64,000 nucleotides of DNA. It comes from Obrimoposthia wandeli. Taxonomy: Eukaryota. Where the stretch lies: positions 1-64,000 of the forward strand of contig CDROCS010006636.1 of the NCBI GenBank assembly GCA_977020255.1, read 5' to 3'. The translations under genes were made by a program, and so were the position numbers. Every line of letters starts with the position of its first letter. Positions within the stretch are counted from its first letter, which is position 1. Positions 8,215-17,899 of this stretch are shown piece after piece. The notes beneath the pieces are model-generated. The model worked only from the letters and a program-made list of their open reading frames with translations, made no database searches and was not told the origin of the DNA.

Positions 8215-8817
8215 ATGAACTTTGATATTTCAGAACTAGGCGTTCAAGAAAAGTACCGTCTTTTAAATGGCGGTGTAACCCCAAGACCTATTGCTTGGAT
8301 TAGTACGCGTTCAAAAGACGGGATTGACAACCTTGCACCTTATTCCTTTTTTACTGTGGCAAGCTGTAATCCTCCTGTACTTCTTTATACACAGGTGACT
8401 CAGCGAAGCGGCATTGATAAAGACACTTTGCAAAACTTAAAAGAAACCGGCGAATGTGTGGTTAACATTGTTAATTCTCATTTATTGGAAAAAATGAACA
8501 CCACCAGTGCCAGCATCGCCATTGATAAAAGTGAGTTTGACCTAGCACAGGTTAGGCAAAGCAATAGCTGTAATGTCATTCCTTTTTCGGTTGCTGAATC
8601 ACCCATTCGATACGAATGTACCTTAAGAGAAGTTATTTCTGTTGGTGATTTACCCGCAGGGGGCACTATTGTACTTTTAGATGTAAAGTCTGTGTATGTA
8701 AGAGATGATCTCTACACTGATGAAGGCATTAACCAAGAGCTAATTGACTCAGTGGGTAAAATGGGTGGCGATGGTTACAGCCCTACTTCACACTATGTAA
8801 CGCTAAATCGACCCTAG
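8215..8817 (+). CDS. flavin reductase-like (DIM6/NTAB) FMN-binding protein
   Basis: VTPRPIAWIST...NLAPYSFF...KDTLQNLKETGECVVN. Confidence 0.93.
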   Translation: MNFDISELGVQEKYRLLNGGVTPRPIAWISTRSKDGIDNLAPYSFFTVASCNPPVLLYTQVTQRSGIDKDTLQNLKETGECVVNIVNSHLLEKMNTTSASIAIDKSEFDLAQVRQSNSCNVIPFSVAESPIRYECTLREVISVGDLPAGGTIVLLDVKSVYVRDDLYTDEGINQELIDSVGKMGGDGYSPTSHYVTLNRP

Positions 8818-9027
8818 TAAAAATAACCAGCCCATGTATTGGCGTTTTCTTTGATAGTTTAGTTATTAAAAATCATCTGTTTTTGTTAGCTGTCTTCGTA
8901 TAGAATTCGCCCTATAATTTTTACTTAGTAAAATTCTCCAAATCAGAGAAGTCTCAAACGGGGAAGTTCAAACAGTAAAAGTAAACGAACGCCCCTTCTT
9001 ATCCCTTTCTAAAATGATAATAAACAA

Positions 9028-9897
9028 ATGAATGATAAAGTAATAGCAACTCACAATGGTAATTTTCATGCAGATGATGTTTTCAGTATCGCTGCACTTA
9101 AGAATATTTTCCCTTCTTTTAAGCTCATACGTACGCGTGATTTAGAGGTTATTGGTAAGGCAGATATTGTGATAGATGTAGGTGGTGAATATGATGCCGA
9201 AACAGGCCGTTTTGATCACCATCAACGTGGCGGTGCTGGAGAGCGCGAAAATGGTATTCCTTATTCCTCATTTGGTTTAATTTGGCAGAAATATGGCCTA
9301 GAAATATGCCAAGGTAACCAAGAAGTAGCTAATAGTGTTGATGCTGGTCTAGTATCAACGATTGATGCTATCGATTGTGGTCATGTCGAAGGTGTTTCAC
9401 AAGGTATCAGCCTTAGCCAAACTATTTCAATGTTTAACCCAACGTGGCAAGAAGATAGCCACTTTGATACTTGTTTTGATGAAGCCGTTGAATTTGCATC
9501 ACGCGTATTAACACGATTCATAGCCTCTGCTAGCGGCGGTATCAATGCGAAAGATATTGTGGCTAAAGCCATCGATAATGCAGAAGATTCAAGAGTAATT
9601 GTGTTAGAAAAGTATACTCCTTGGAAAAGAACAGTTCATGCCTTATCTGAAGAAGCTTTATATATGGTTTACCCATCACCTTCTGGCCAATGGAGAATTC
9701 AAACCGTACCTGTTGAACCTGGTTCATTCGAAGACAGAAAACCGCTACCTAAACAATGGGCTGGTTTATCTGATGATGCGCTTAAAGAAGTTACTGGCAT
9801 TGATGATGCAATGTTTTGCCATAATGGTTTATTTATTGCGGGTGCAGAATCATTTGAAAGCACTATGAAAATGGCATCTATTGCACTTCAAGAATAA
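9028..9897 (+). CDS. MYG1 family protein (metal-dependent exonuclease/hydrolase)
   Basis: THNGNFHADDV, RTRD, DVGG, FDHHQ motifs. Confidence 0.95.
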   Translation: MNDKVIATHNGNFHADDVFSIAALKNIFPSFKLIRTRDLEVIGKADIVIDVGGEYDAETGRFDHHQRGGAGERENGIPYSSFGLIWQKYGLEICQGNQEVANSVDAGLVSTIDAIDCGHVEGVSQGISLSQTISMFNPTWQEDSHFDTCFDEAVEFASRVLTRFIASASGGINAKDIVAKAIDNAEDSRVIVLEKYTPWKRTVHALSEEALYMVYPSPSGQWRIQTVPVEPGSFEDRKPLPKQWAGLSDDALKEVTGIDDAMFCHNGLFIAGAESFESTMKMASIALQE

Positions 9898-9907
9898 TGA
9901 AAGTGAC

Positions 9908-9990
9908 AAAGATATTAACCAATAATTAATTGACTTAGTGGTTAATATTTTTGGCATTGATTATAGCTCTACTTCAAATTAGGTAGAGCT
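9908..9990. terminator. two hairpins between convergent genes (probable intrinsic terminators)
   Basis: ATATTAACCA/TGGTTAATAT followed by a T-run; AGCTCTAC/GTAGAGCT. Confidence 0.6.
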
Positions 9991-10030
9991 TAATCAACCT
10001 TAAAACAAATCAACAAAACGGAGTAGTTTA

Positions 10031-10543
10031 TTACAAGTCTTTCCATTCTTTCAATTTTTTTGGCACTTCTTTTACTTCTGCGACTTCTGGCACTTCAACA
10101 ATCTCTGCTACTTCTGTTACTTCTGTTACGACACCTAACTCTTCTAATAAATCACTGATTTCAGCTTTTAAATCTTTATCCGCAATTTTGTTACTATTAA
10201 TTTTAGCATTTTTTAGATGTTCAATAGCGCTCGCTTTATCACCTAATTCTATTTGCAATGACGCAATTGCAAAAGCGATTGATGAAAGAAAATCTTTAGA
10301 ATTAATCGCTTCAGCTTTAACTAACGCTTTGTCATAAATCGAAATGGCTAATTCAAGATCATCAGTAAAATCAGCAAGTGTTTCCCACTGCACCGGATGA
10401 TCTTTATCGCTACTTTCATTATCTTCACATACTTTCTTTAATTCAGCGTAACATTCATCGAAGCGAATTTGATTTTTTCTATGAACCGCTTGCATTAAGT
10501 CTTTAGCTAACGAGTGCACGTGCTTGTATATTTTTGTATTCAT
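10031..10543 (-). CDS. TPR-like helical protein with low-complexity EV-repeat tail
   Basis: HPVQWETLADF, helical repeat pattern; C-terminal VTEVTEVAEIVEVPEVAEVKEVP. Confidence 0.75.
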   Translation of the reverse strand: MNTKIYKHVHSLAKDLMQAVHRKNQIRFDECYAELKKVCEDNESSDKDHPVQWETLADFTDDLELAISIYDKALVKAEAINSKDFLSSIAFAIASLQIELGDKASAIEHLKNAKINSNKIADKDLKAEISDLLEELGVVTEVTEVAEIVEVPEVAEVKEVPKKLKEWKDL

Positions 10544-10701
10544 GATTTACCTTACTTTATATTTTTCATAAAAATCTTACGGTGATTATAATGCTTTTCG
10601 TAAAACTAATCAGGCTGTTTGATCAAAATATTGAATCACAACGTAAACTCAGTTAGTGTCATTGAAATAAACATAATAAAATCTACTGATAGAGACCTTG
10701 T

Positions 10702-10914
10702 ATGAGCAATATAATTCTAGAGTCAGTTATTACTTGTCCTGAATGTGGTTTTAATAAAAAAGAGGTTATGCTTACAAATGCGTGTCAGTATTTTTATAAA
10801 TGCACCTCATGTCACGTTATTATTAAACCCCTAGCCGGAGATTGTTGTGTTTATTGCTCATTTGGAACCGTAAAATGCCCTCCCATTCAAGAAAAAAGGG
10901 CGTGTTGTAACTAA
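10702..10914 (+). CDS. GDCCVxC domain small metal-binding protein
   Basis: TCPECG...CQYFYKCTSC...PLAGDCCVYCSFGTVKCPPIQ. Confidence 0.93.
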   Translation: MSNIILESVITCPECGFNKKEVMLTNACQYFYKCTSCHVIIKPLAGDCCVYCSFGTVKCPPIQEKRACCN

Positions 10915-10917
10915 TTC

Positions 10918-11014
10918 ATATAAAGTACCAGTAAACAGATACAAAACAGTTGGCTATCTTCATTTATCATGTCTTTTAGCTGCCATTATTTAACCTCTTA
11001 TTGAGGTATTATAT
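10918..11014 (+). mobile_element. degenerate attC site (both AAC and GTT mutated)
   Basis: ATATAAA...ACAGTTGGCT...TTTTAGCTGCC...ACCTCTTATTGAGGT-ATTATAT. Confidence 0.65.
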
Positions 11015-11031
11015 TTTTCAGAGAACCAATT

Positions 11032-11316
11032 ATGAATTTAGATAAATCGACAAAACGTATAGCAAAGAGAGTTAAAAAGGGATTTCAGGGTTATCCACAA
11101 ATTTCACTCGCTTATTTTGGTGAATCGGTGAACTGCGCAACCCAAGTTGTTGTAGGCTTTATCCAAGAAGAAGGCGCAGCTGCTCAGGAACAAACATTTT
11201 CCAGTAAAGACGATGCGAGAAAAGACGAAACGATTCAAACGACCTTATTAAAAATTATCGAGCGAGCAGATGCAAAAACAGTGGTAGAAGTTGCTGGTGT
11301 TGCGCTTATTAAATAA
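11032..11316 (+). CDS. conserved hypothetical protein
   Basis: Clean 94-aa ORF directly after an attC. Confidence 0.8.
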   Translation: MNLDKSTKRIAKRVKKGFQGYPQISLAYFGESVNCATQVVVGFIQEEGAAAQEQTFSSKDDARKDETIQTTLLKIIERADAKTVVEVAGVALIK

Positions 11317-11369
11317 TGATAGCTAAGTAGAATATAAGAGGCTTTATGGTCGGGAGCAGAGAAAGTTAG

Positions 11370-11708
11370 ATGAGAAATTTACTTAAAGTCATTCAGTACG
11401 ACATGTTAGATTTTATTGAAGGTGATGATGAAAACGAGACTGATTATACCGCAAAGGATGTGACGCTTTGTATAACAAGTCTGCTAGAGTTCATGTCATC
11501 TATGGAGTCTGAAGTACAGACAGTAGAAAGCGCAAAAGGACATGTTGAAACGGTAGTTTTGTCTCTGAATTCGTTAAATCACCAATGTGGTGATTGTTTG
11601 ATAGAAACAGAGCAACGTGAGGATATCTGTCAGTTCATTCAAAAGGTAATATCTGCTGCAAATGTCGAGTTTGTTGGCGATGTCACAGAAGAATGGAGAG
11701 AGTGGTAA
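11370..11708 (+). CDS. acidic hypothetical protein ending DVTEEWREW
   Basis: 112-aa ORF; stop within TGGTAAC (R''-like). Confidence 0.75.
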   Translation: MRNLLKVIQYDMLDFIEGDDENETDYTAKDVTLCITSLLEFMSSMESEVQTVESAKGHVETVVLSLNSLNHQCGDCLIETEQREDICQFIQKVISAANVEFVGDVTEEWREW

Positions 11709-11746
11709 CGGGTATAACCCAAGCAGAATTGCGCATTACTTTTTAG

Positions 11747-12427
11747 TTAATCGCATTCACTACGAATTTTCGCTACAGGGCTTACCCTCGCCCAATGAAA
11801 TAAATACATAATAATGAGTTTTGTTGTACCGCTAACTGTAGCCAAAACGATTAACGGCCAACCTTGAGCAAGGCCCATTGTCATTGCAAAAGCAATTGTA
11901 GACATATCCATCATTAAAATGAATTGGCTCATACGAATATCAATAGCCCCTGTTTTGCCAGAGCTAATAATAAGTTTTATTTGGTGCGTGTATCCTTGAG
12001 CAAGTAACAAGGTAATGATCATAATAAGAATTGTCGACACTTGTTTACTGTGATCAGCAAAGCTCTCATTAAAAGCTAGACCTATTATTCCTAATGTAAA
12101 ACACACACTCACCAATACTAGGCTCGTAACCGAGGCCGTAGATTTTCTGTCTTTCCACATTTCAACCAATATCAACATCACCAAAACCGAAGCAATCAGC
12201 CTTGGCCAAACAATATAATGATTAAATATATCAATACTATAGCCATATACAAAGAATGAAAAATAAGCCAAAAAACTCATGGTGAATTGGTTTTGTGATA
12301 ATACATCAGTCACCTTTTCCTTACCGTTTGCTTTTCTTAACCACAGTTTACTTAGCTGTAAATAGACACCGTATAAGCTGACAAAAATAAACAGCGTATT
12401 TATCGAACCAAAAAAGTTATACCACAT
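11747..12427 (-). CDS. multi-pass membrane protein, PQ-loop/SWEET-like duplication
   Basis: About 7 TM; two LQLSKLW/HQIKLII half-repeats; start moved to MWYN behind the GGAG RBS. Confidence 0.75.
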   Translation of the reverse strand: MWYNFFGSINTLFIFVSLYGVYLQLSKLWLRKANGKEKVTDVLSQNQFTMSFLAYFSFFVYGYSIDIFNHYIVWPRLIASVLVMLILVEMWKDRKSTASVTSLVLVSVCFTLGIIGLAFNESFADHSKQVSTILIMIITLLLAQGYTHQIKLIISSGKTGAIDIRMSQFILMMDMSTIAFAMTMGLAQGWPLIVLATVSGTTKLIIMYLFHWARVSPVAKIRSECD

Positions 12428-12447
12428 ATCAATCTCCAAAAAACACC

Positions 12448-12521
12448 ATTGTCGACAATAATACAGTTTAAATTCTAAATATCAATACCAAAATGGAATC
12501 ATCACGATAATTGTCGACAAT
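12448..12521. promoter_or_regulatory. pair of perfect 12-bp palindromes ATTGTCGACAAT (candidate GntR-family operator)
   Basis: Copies at 12448-12459 and 12510-12521; GT-N2-AC core as in GntR-family sites. Confidence 0.6.
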
Positions 12522-12709
12522 ATAACATTATTGAAATATGATTGAAGAAGTTAATTAAAGATAGTCATGTTTGAGGGATTATTAACAAGTAGTCATGATG
12601 GTTTGACCAAGTCACGGCTTAACACCGTTGATAAAATGCTAACTTGGTTACCCCTAAATAAATCACACATATGGCACAATAGTATTAGTCAATTCTAAAA
12701 GGATAGATA

Positions 12710-13462
12710 ATGAGTAAAGTAAAAGTAGCAATAATTACTGGCGCTGGGCGAGGCATTGGCGCGGCAACCGCAAAGCTATTTGCCCATAACGGCTATGCGG
12801 TTTGTATTAACTACAAATCAGATGAAAAATCGGCTAATGATTTAGCTAAGCTTATCACCGCTGATGGTGGTCAATGTATTACCGTACAAGCCGATGTATC
12901 GCGTGAAAGTGATGTAGTGCGCTTATTTTCTACCGTAGATAAAGCATTGGGCACAGTAACTGTTTTGGTGAATAATGCAGGCATTTTGAAAAAACAGTCA
13001 CGATTAGAAGATATGACAGCTGAGCGTATTAATTCAATACTAACTAATAATGTCACTAGCTATTTTTTGTGTTGTCGTGAAGCAGTTAAACGCATGTCGA
13101 CTCGCCACAGCGGTTTAGGTGGTGTTATTGTCAATGTGTCTTCTGGTGCTGCCCGCTCAGGCTCGCCCAATGAGTACATCGATTATGCTGCATCAAAAGG
13201 TGCAATAGACACCTTAACCAAAGGTTTGTCGCTAGAGGTTGCTGCAGAAGGCATTAGAGTTAACTGTGTTCGTCCAGGACTAATCTATACCGATATGCAC
13301 GCCGACGGCGGAGAGCCTGAACGTATAGAAAGGCTAAAGAGTATTATTCCATTACAAAGAGGCGGACAACCCGAAGAGGTTGCCGAGGCTATTTATTGGT
13401 TGGCAAGCGAGAAGTCATCTTTTTCCACCGGTAATTATTTAGACTTAGCGGGTGGTTTGTAA
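12710..13462 (+). CDS. SDR family oxidoreductase (YgfF-like)
   Basis: TGAGRGIG, NNAG, YAASK motifs. Confidence 0.95.
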   Translation: MSKVKVAIITGAGRGIGAATAKLFAHNGYAVCINYKSDEKSANDLAKLITADGGQCITVQADVSRESDVVRLFSTVDKALGTVTVLVNNAGILKKQSRLEDMTAERINSILTNNVTSYFLCCREAVKRMSTRHSGLGGVIVNVSSGAARSGSPNEYIDYAASKGAIDTLTKGLSLEVAAEGIRVNCVRPGLIYTDMHADGGEPERIERLKSIIPLQRGGQPEEVAEAIYWLASEKSSFSTGNYLDLAGGL

Positions 13463-13527
13463 ATTTTATTTAGCCAGCCTTTCCTTGCAACTCACGATGA
13501 GATTTATCATGAAATAAACCCAGCATC

Positions 13528-13928
13528 CTACCCTATAGATAGAGGAGCAAGTATTTCGTCAGGAATGGGTTGCAAGCGTTTCTGCTTATCTAAGCAAACC
13601 ATTTCAATATCACCAATAACAGCTGGTTTACTCGCATTGGGACGCCAGAGTTCTTGTCGCCATAAGGTCTTATGACTTACCAAATTGATAAATCTGTACG
13701 AACATCGCAAATTTCAGCAAATTCGACACCATCTTGAAAAGTTAAGTTGGCTTTATATACGGCAAAACCTAAACCTTTTTCTTGCCATAATGTTGCCAAT
13801 TTATCACTGTCAATCACGTGTTCACGCGCACGTTCAAAATATTTGAGGAAATTGGGGTGATATACGACACCAGAATGGTCGGTATCTTCATAATATATTT
13901 GTACTGGATGATGGTAAATTTTACTCAT
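13528..13928 (-). pseudogene. pfaT: hot-dog fold acyl-thioesterase (Orf6/PfaT type), frameshifted near 13690 (possibly a sequence error)
   Basis: YYEDTDHSGVVYHPNFLKYFERARE in 13677-13928; C-half KTLWRQELWRPNASKPAVIGDIEMVCLDKQKRLQPIP in 13528-13710. Confidence 0.8.
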
Positions 13929-13980
13929 TTAAATTCCATATATTTTGTTCAAAAGTGGCTCAAAAATAACTACCGACTCA

Positions 13981-14012
13981 CTAACTACTAACTACTAACT
14001 ACTAACTACTAA
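13981..14012. repeat. 7-bp tandem repeat (CTAACTA)x4 plus CTAA, spanning the oleD stop codon
   Basis: Read directly from sequence. Confidence 0.9.
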
Positions 14013-15152
14013 AGATAGTTTAAGTTGCTTCATGCCTTCTTCTATTGATATGAGCGGTGTGTAGCCTAAATCTTTTTTGGCAGCGCTTATATCAAAATAA
14101 TGACTAGTAGAAAGTTGTCTTGCAACAAACCGCGTCATTATTGGCTCTTTTTTTATATTCAATATTTTATAAAACACTCTAACGTCGTACCAACAGCATA
14201 AGCAACAGCGCTGGGTACTCTTTTTTGTTACCGATTGTGGTAAATCAACACACCTAATGAAGAATGTTATTAAGCATGGTGGCCATGAGTGATTGGCTGA
14301 TCGTTGCTAATAAAATACGCCACTTACCGGATACAAGTCGCTTTGGGTTTGTTCAATGCTACTGCAGCTAATATATGCGCATAAGCGGCATTATCAACAA
14401 AGATGGTATCGACAGTTTATCCGCGCCAACAAGTTTTGGCTTACCTGCTCGGGCACGTTCTAATACTCGAGGTACAAGATGGGGATCGTTTGGCCCCCCA
14501 AATTAGCCAGGAGGTGTGCGGACGGAGCGCCACGGTTTTTAAAGGCTTCTTTCAAACCATGTGAGGCAGATAACACTAGTTGCTCAGCTAACGCTTTAGG
14601 ACTCACCATAAAAATTTAAAAATTATCAGCATAAGGTTGCGATTCATCAATACCAGCCTCATCAACGCCAGCAAAAGTGACACTCGGTGTACTGGTATAA
14701 ACCAAGCGAGTAATGGCAAGTTCTTGACAGGCTTGGATAATATTCTTGGCACCTTGCACATTCGGTTTAAAGTAATCATCTTTACTACCCCAAACGCCTG
14801 CTTTGGCTGCTACATGAAATACCAAATCGCATGATTTCATTGTCTCTTTAAGGCGAATAAAATCTGTTATATCGCCTTGCACCATATTAACGCCCATTTG
14901 GGTCAGTTCAGGATAATTTCCTCGGGCAAAACCCGTCACTTTAATATCAGCTAAACGCAGTAATCGACAAATAGCTTTCCCCAAAAAACCGCCAGCTCCT
15001 GTAACAAACACATGGTTAGTTTGTGCTGCTAGCTCGCTTAGTGGTTGTTGAACAGCCTCGTTGAAATTGGCTGTAACATCGATGTTGTTATCGCTATTAC
15101 TTTTGGCTTTGGAATGAGCTGGAATAGCGCTTTTTTGCGAATGTTCAATCAT
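13995..15152 (-). pseudogene. oleD: OleD 2-alkyl-3-oxoalkanoate reductase (3-beta-HSD/extended SDR), multiple frameshifts
   Basis: VTGAGGFLG, VFHVAAKAGVWG, YTSTPSV; C-terminal MTRFVARQLSTSHYFDISAAKKDLGY. Confidence 0.85.
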
Positions 15153-15177
15153 GGTTGAGCTCTAGTTATACGCTAAA

Positions 15178-16946
15178 TTAGTCAAGTTCATCTTGTGCCC
15201 ATACAGGCAAGCTTTTCACTGAAATATCTATGTTGGCGACGTATATCCACAGGGAAGTTTTCATGGATTAAAAAGTGTGAAATCGCGGATGTTTGTTTAT
15301 GAGCAAGTGCAGATACTTTTAACGCTGAGAAGAGGATTGCCTCATCAAAATCTTTATTGTTTTTAGCTTCATCCGTTAACTCAACACAAAGTAACGGCAC
15401 ACTTCTACGGTTAATTTTAACACCTACTAAAGCAGTGCGTTTTACTAAATTGTGGGTATTAAATATCTGCTCACAAGGGATAGAAAATAAAACCTTCTTA
15501 TCGGTTTCAACCCGATGGTTTTACGTCCACACATCCATAGAGCACCAAATTCATCAAGATAGCCCAAGTCGCCCATACGATGACGAACTACCTGACCAGT
15601 AGAATCAGCACAGTTAGAATGAGCATCATTAGAACCAGCATCAAGAATTTTCACCAGGCAGTTGCCGATGCTGATTATAATATTGTTGGCTGTAACCATA
15701 TCGCTCTTTGCAACACGATTTCGTCGACGGTGTTCGCAGGCAAGAAGCAATCGTCATGCCATGGTTTCAATCACATTGTCGTTAATGTCAATGATATTGA
15801 TATCGACGCCATTTACAGGAGTACCTACACAAATACCACCGCCATTGTCAGTTATAGACCGTTGCAAGTAAGTTCGGTGCTGGTTGTTTTAGTCAGCGGT
15901 AGCGATTCAGAAAACAGACGTTAGCAATAGGTACATTGTCGCTAAGTAGTTGGGTAAATCGCTCTATAGAGGTCAGGGTTGCAGGTGCGCCCGCAGAAAT
16001 CACTCTTTTTAAACTCTTTAACTTAACAACGGGTTTATTAGTTCCGGCTTGCCCTAATACTTCTATCAGCGCTGGATTGGCAAATAAGTTTGTGCATTGA
16101 TATTTTTCAATGGCCGCAAAGATAAAAGCAGGATTTGCTTTAATCGGTTTACTTGCATCCATATCAGGAACAATTGAGGCCATGCCTAGTGCAGGACCAA
16201 ATAATGAAAATAATGGGAAGGTTGCTAAATCACGTTCGCCTGGCTTAATGGCATAATCATCTTTTAGTGCGGTAATTTGTGCTTCGAACATTTTATGGCT
16301 GTAGACCACACCTTTAGGTGTACCGGTACTACCACTGGTAAATAGAATTGCAGACATAGCATCATCGCTAAGTTTCACCATGTCAAAAGAGCTACTTTCT
16401 TTTGGTAAAGCAGTATTTTGTATCGGGTAGCGAGTTAATAACTTGGTTAAACTCATACCACCAATAAGGGAAGAGAACACATTTGCGCCAGCGCCAGAAC
16501 CGGCTGGTGTAACCGTTAAGAGTTTTTTAACGCTAGCTTTCCCCCAGCCAAATAATATTCTAGCTATATGGGCTTTAGGGATACCAATAAAAGCATCAGG
16601 AGCAGATTCAACAAAACATTGTTTAAGGTTTTTAATACCCATGCCTGGGTCAACTAAAATAGGGATAATACCTGCTTTAAATAACGCAAACGTTAAGGAG
16701 AAAAAATCAATACTTGGGGTGACCATTAACACCGCTTTCATGCCTGACTTTAGGCCATAAGCATTTAACGCATAGGCAATTTCATCACTACGTTGGTGTA
16801 AAGAAACAAAATCAATTTCTTGATAATTAAGTTTTGTTCGTTATTTTTTTTGTACCGCAACAGCTAACGCGTTGGGCGTTGCTATTGCTGCATGCGAGAT
16901 GGCGACATAAATTAGCTTGATTGGACTTATCCATGGTCTCTGTCAT
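15178..16946 (-). pseudogene. oleC: OleC olefin beta-lactone synthetase (AMP-binding), multiple frameshifts
   Basis: [14 protein letters not shown]-binding motif, [26 protein letters not shown]; start MTETMDKS at 16946. Confidence 0.85.
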
Positions 16947-17003
16947 TAACACTTTACCTATTAAATAAGTCCTACTAAATGATACCAATCGGACTAATTT
17001 ATT

Positions 17004-17884
17004 CTAAGCTAATTTGGCTTCGCTTGTTTTTAAGAAATCATCTATTAAGGAACGACTTCATCACTAGCATCTTCTAGAATATATCGATCACAATCATCAA
17101 AAGCATGAACTTGTGCATCAGGAAACGTAGTTGCCATTCATCTAAAAATGTTTATCAAAAACGAAGTCTTTAAGCCCCAACAAACTAATACCGGTAGCTT
17201 TTTAAACTGCGCTAAACTGCCCGCAATATCTGAGACTAATTGATAGTTTCATCCGCTGGTTTAACGGAATGCTCCAGAATAGCGCAAGGTTGAAATACGA
17301 TTTGTCCAAGAATTAAAAGGTGCTACATAAGCTTCGCGTGCTCTTTTGTGACATTGCTTTTCGCTTTACACCAATATATGAAGCAACACTTGAAAAAGCA
17401 TTGAAGCTCTTCACTAGTGCAGTTCCTACAAAAGTATTACGGCCTAACCATAAAGCAGGTGGTAGCTTAGCTTTAGGTAAATGAAAAGCGCCAGTGTTTA
17501 AAATAACCAGACGTTTGATACGTTCAGGATAAGCGCGCAGCATAACCCATACCAATCATTCCGCCCCAATCATGTACCACTAGAGTAATATTTTCTTTAC
17601 GTCTAAATGTTCAAGTAATGCTTCTAGGTCATCTATACGATTCGCTAGGTGTAACTATAACCGCCTATCATCGGTTTATCAGACAAACCACAGCCAATAT
17701 GATCTGGCACTATACATTGGTGATTCTACTACTATTAACTAAATTACGGTAATAAAAGACCAACTTGATTGCCATGAACCATTACAACTGGAGAGCCCTG
17801 CCCTTCATTAACATAATGATATTGATGACCATTACGATGATAAAATTGCGGGTAAAGGGAAATAGTTTTGTTAACTTTCAACAT
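17004..17884 (-). pseudogene. oleB: OleB beta-lactone decarboxylase (alpha/beta hydrolase), multiple frameshifts
   Basis: Hand translation of the minus strand gives NGHQYHYVNEGQGSPVVMVHGN, VVHDWGGMIG, RLVILNTGAF, FPDAQVHAFDDC. Confidence 0.85.
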
Positions 17885-17899
17885 ACTTTCCTAACATAA

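Larger units (their letters stand above)
172..11716 (+). mobile_element. degenerate integron gene-cassette array, no integrase in window (CALIN or distal part of a chromosomal integron)
   Basis: Short co-oriented ORFs followed by ~100-bp imperfect palindromes starting near TAAC and ending near GGGCGTT, sharing the core ACAGTTGGCT...TTTTAGCCAAC; typical cassette cargo (GNATs, Blc, DUFs, lipoproteins). Confidence 0.85.

Noticed and set aside
9028-10543. MYG1 and the minus-strand TPR-like gene as cassettes
   Set aside because: No attC downstream, ordinary terminators, and one gene is in the opposite orientation
10702-10914. Selenoprotein
   Set aside because: All Cys codons are TGT/TGC; no in-frame TGA; the stop is TAA
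689-11014. CRISPR array interpretation of the spaced repeats
   Set aside because: Repeats are ~100 bp and divergent, and the spacers are whole genes; no cas genes
15357-15924. Overlapping plus-strand ORFs within oleC
   Set aside because: Antisense to recognisable oleC fragments; no motifs
16979-16998. Isolated family-2 TIR (GATACCAATCGGACTAATT) between oleB and oleC
   Set aside because: Only ~19 bp with no partner end; too short to call an element
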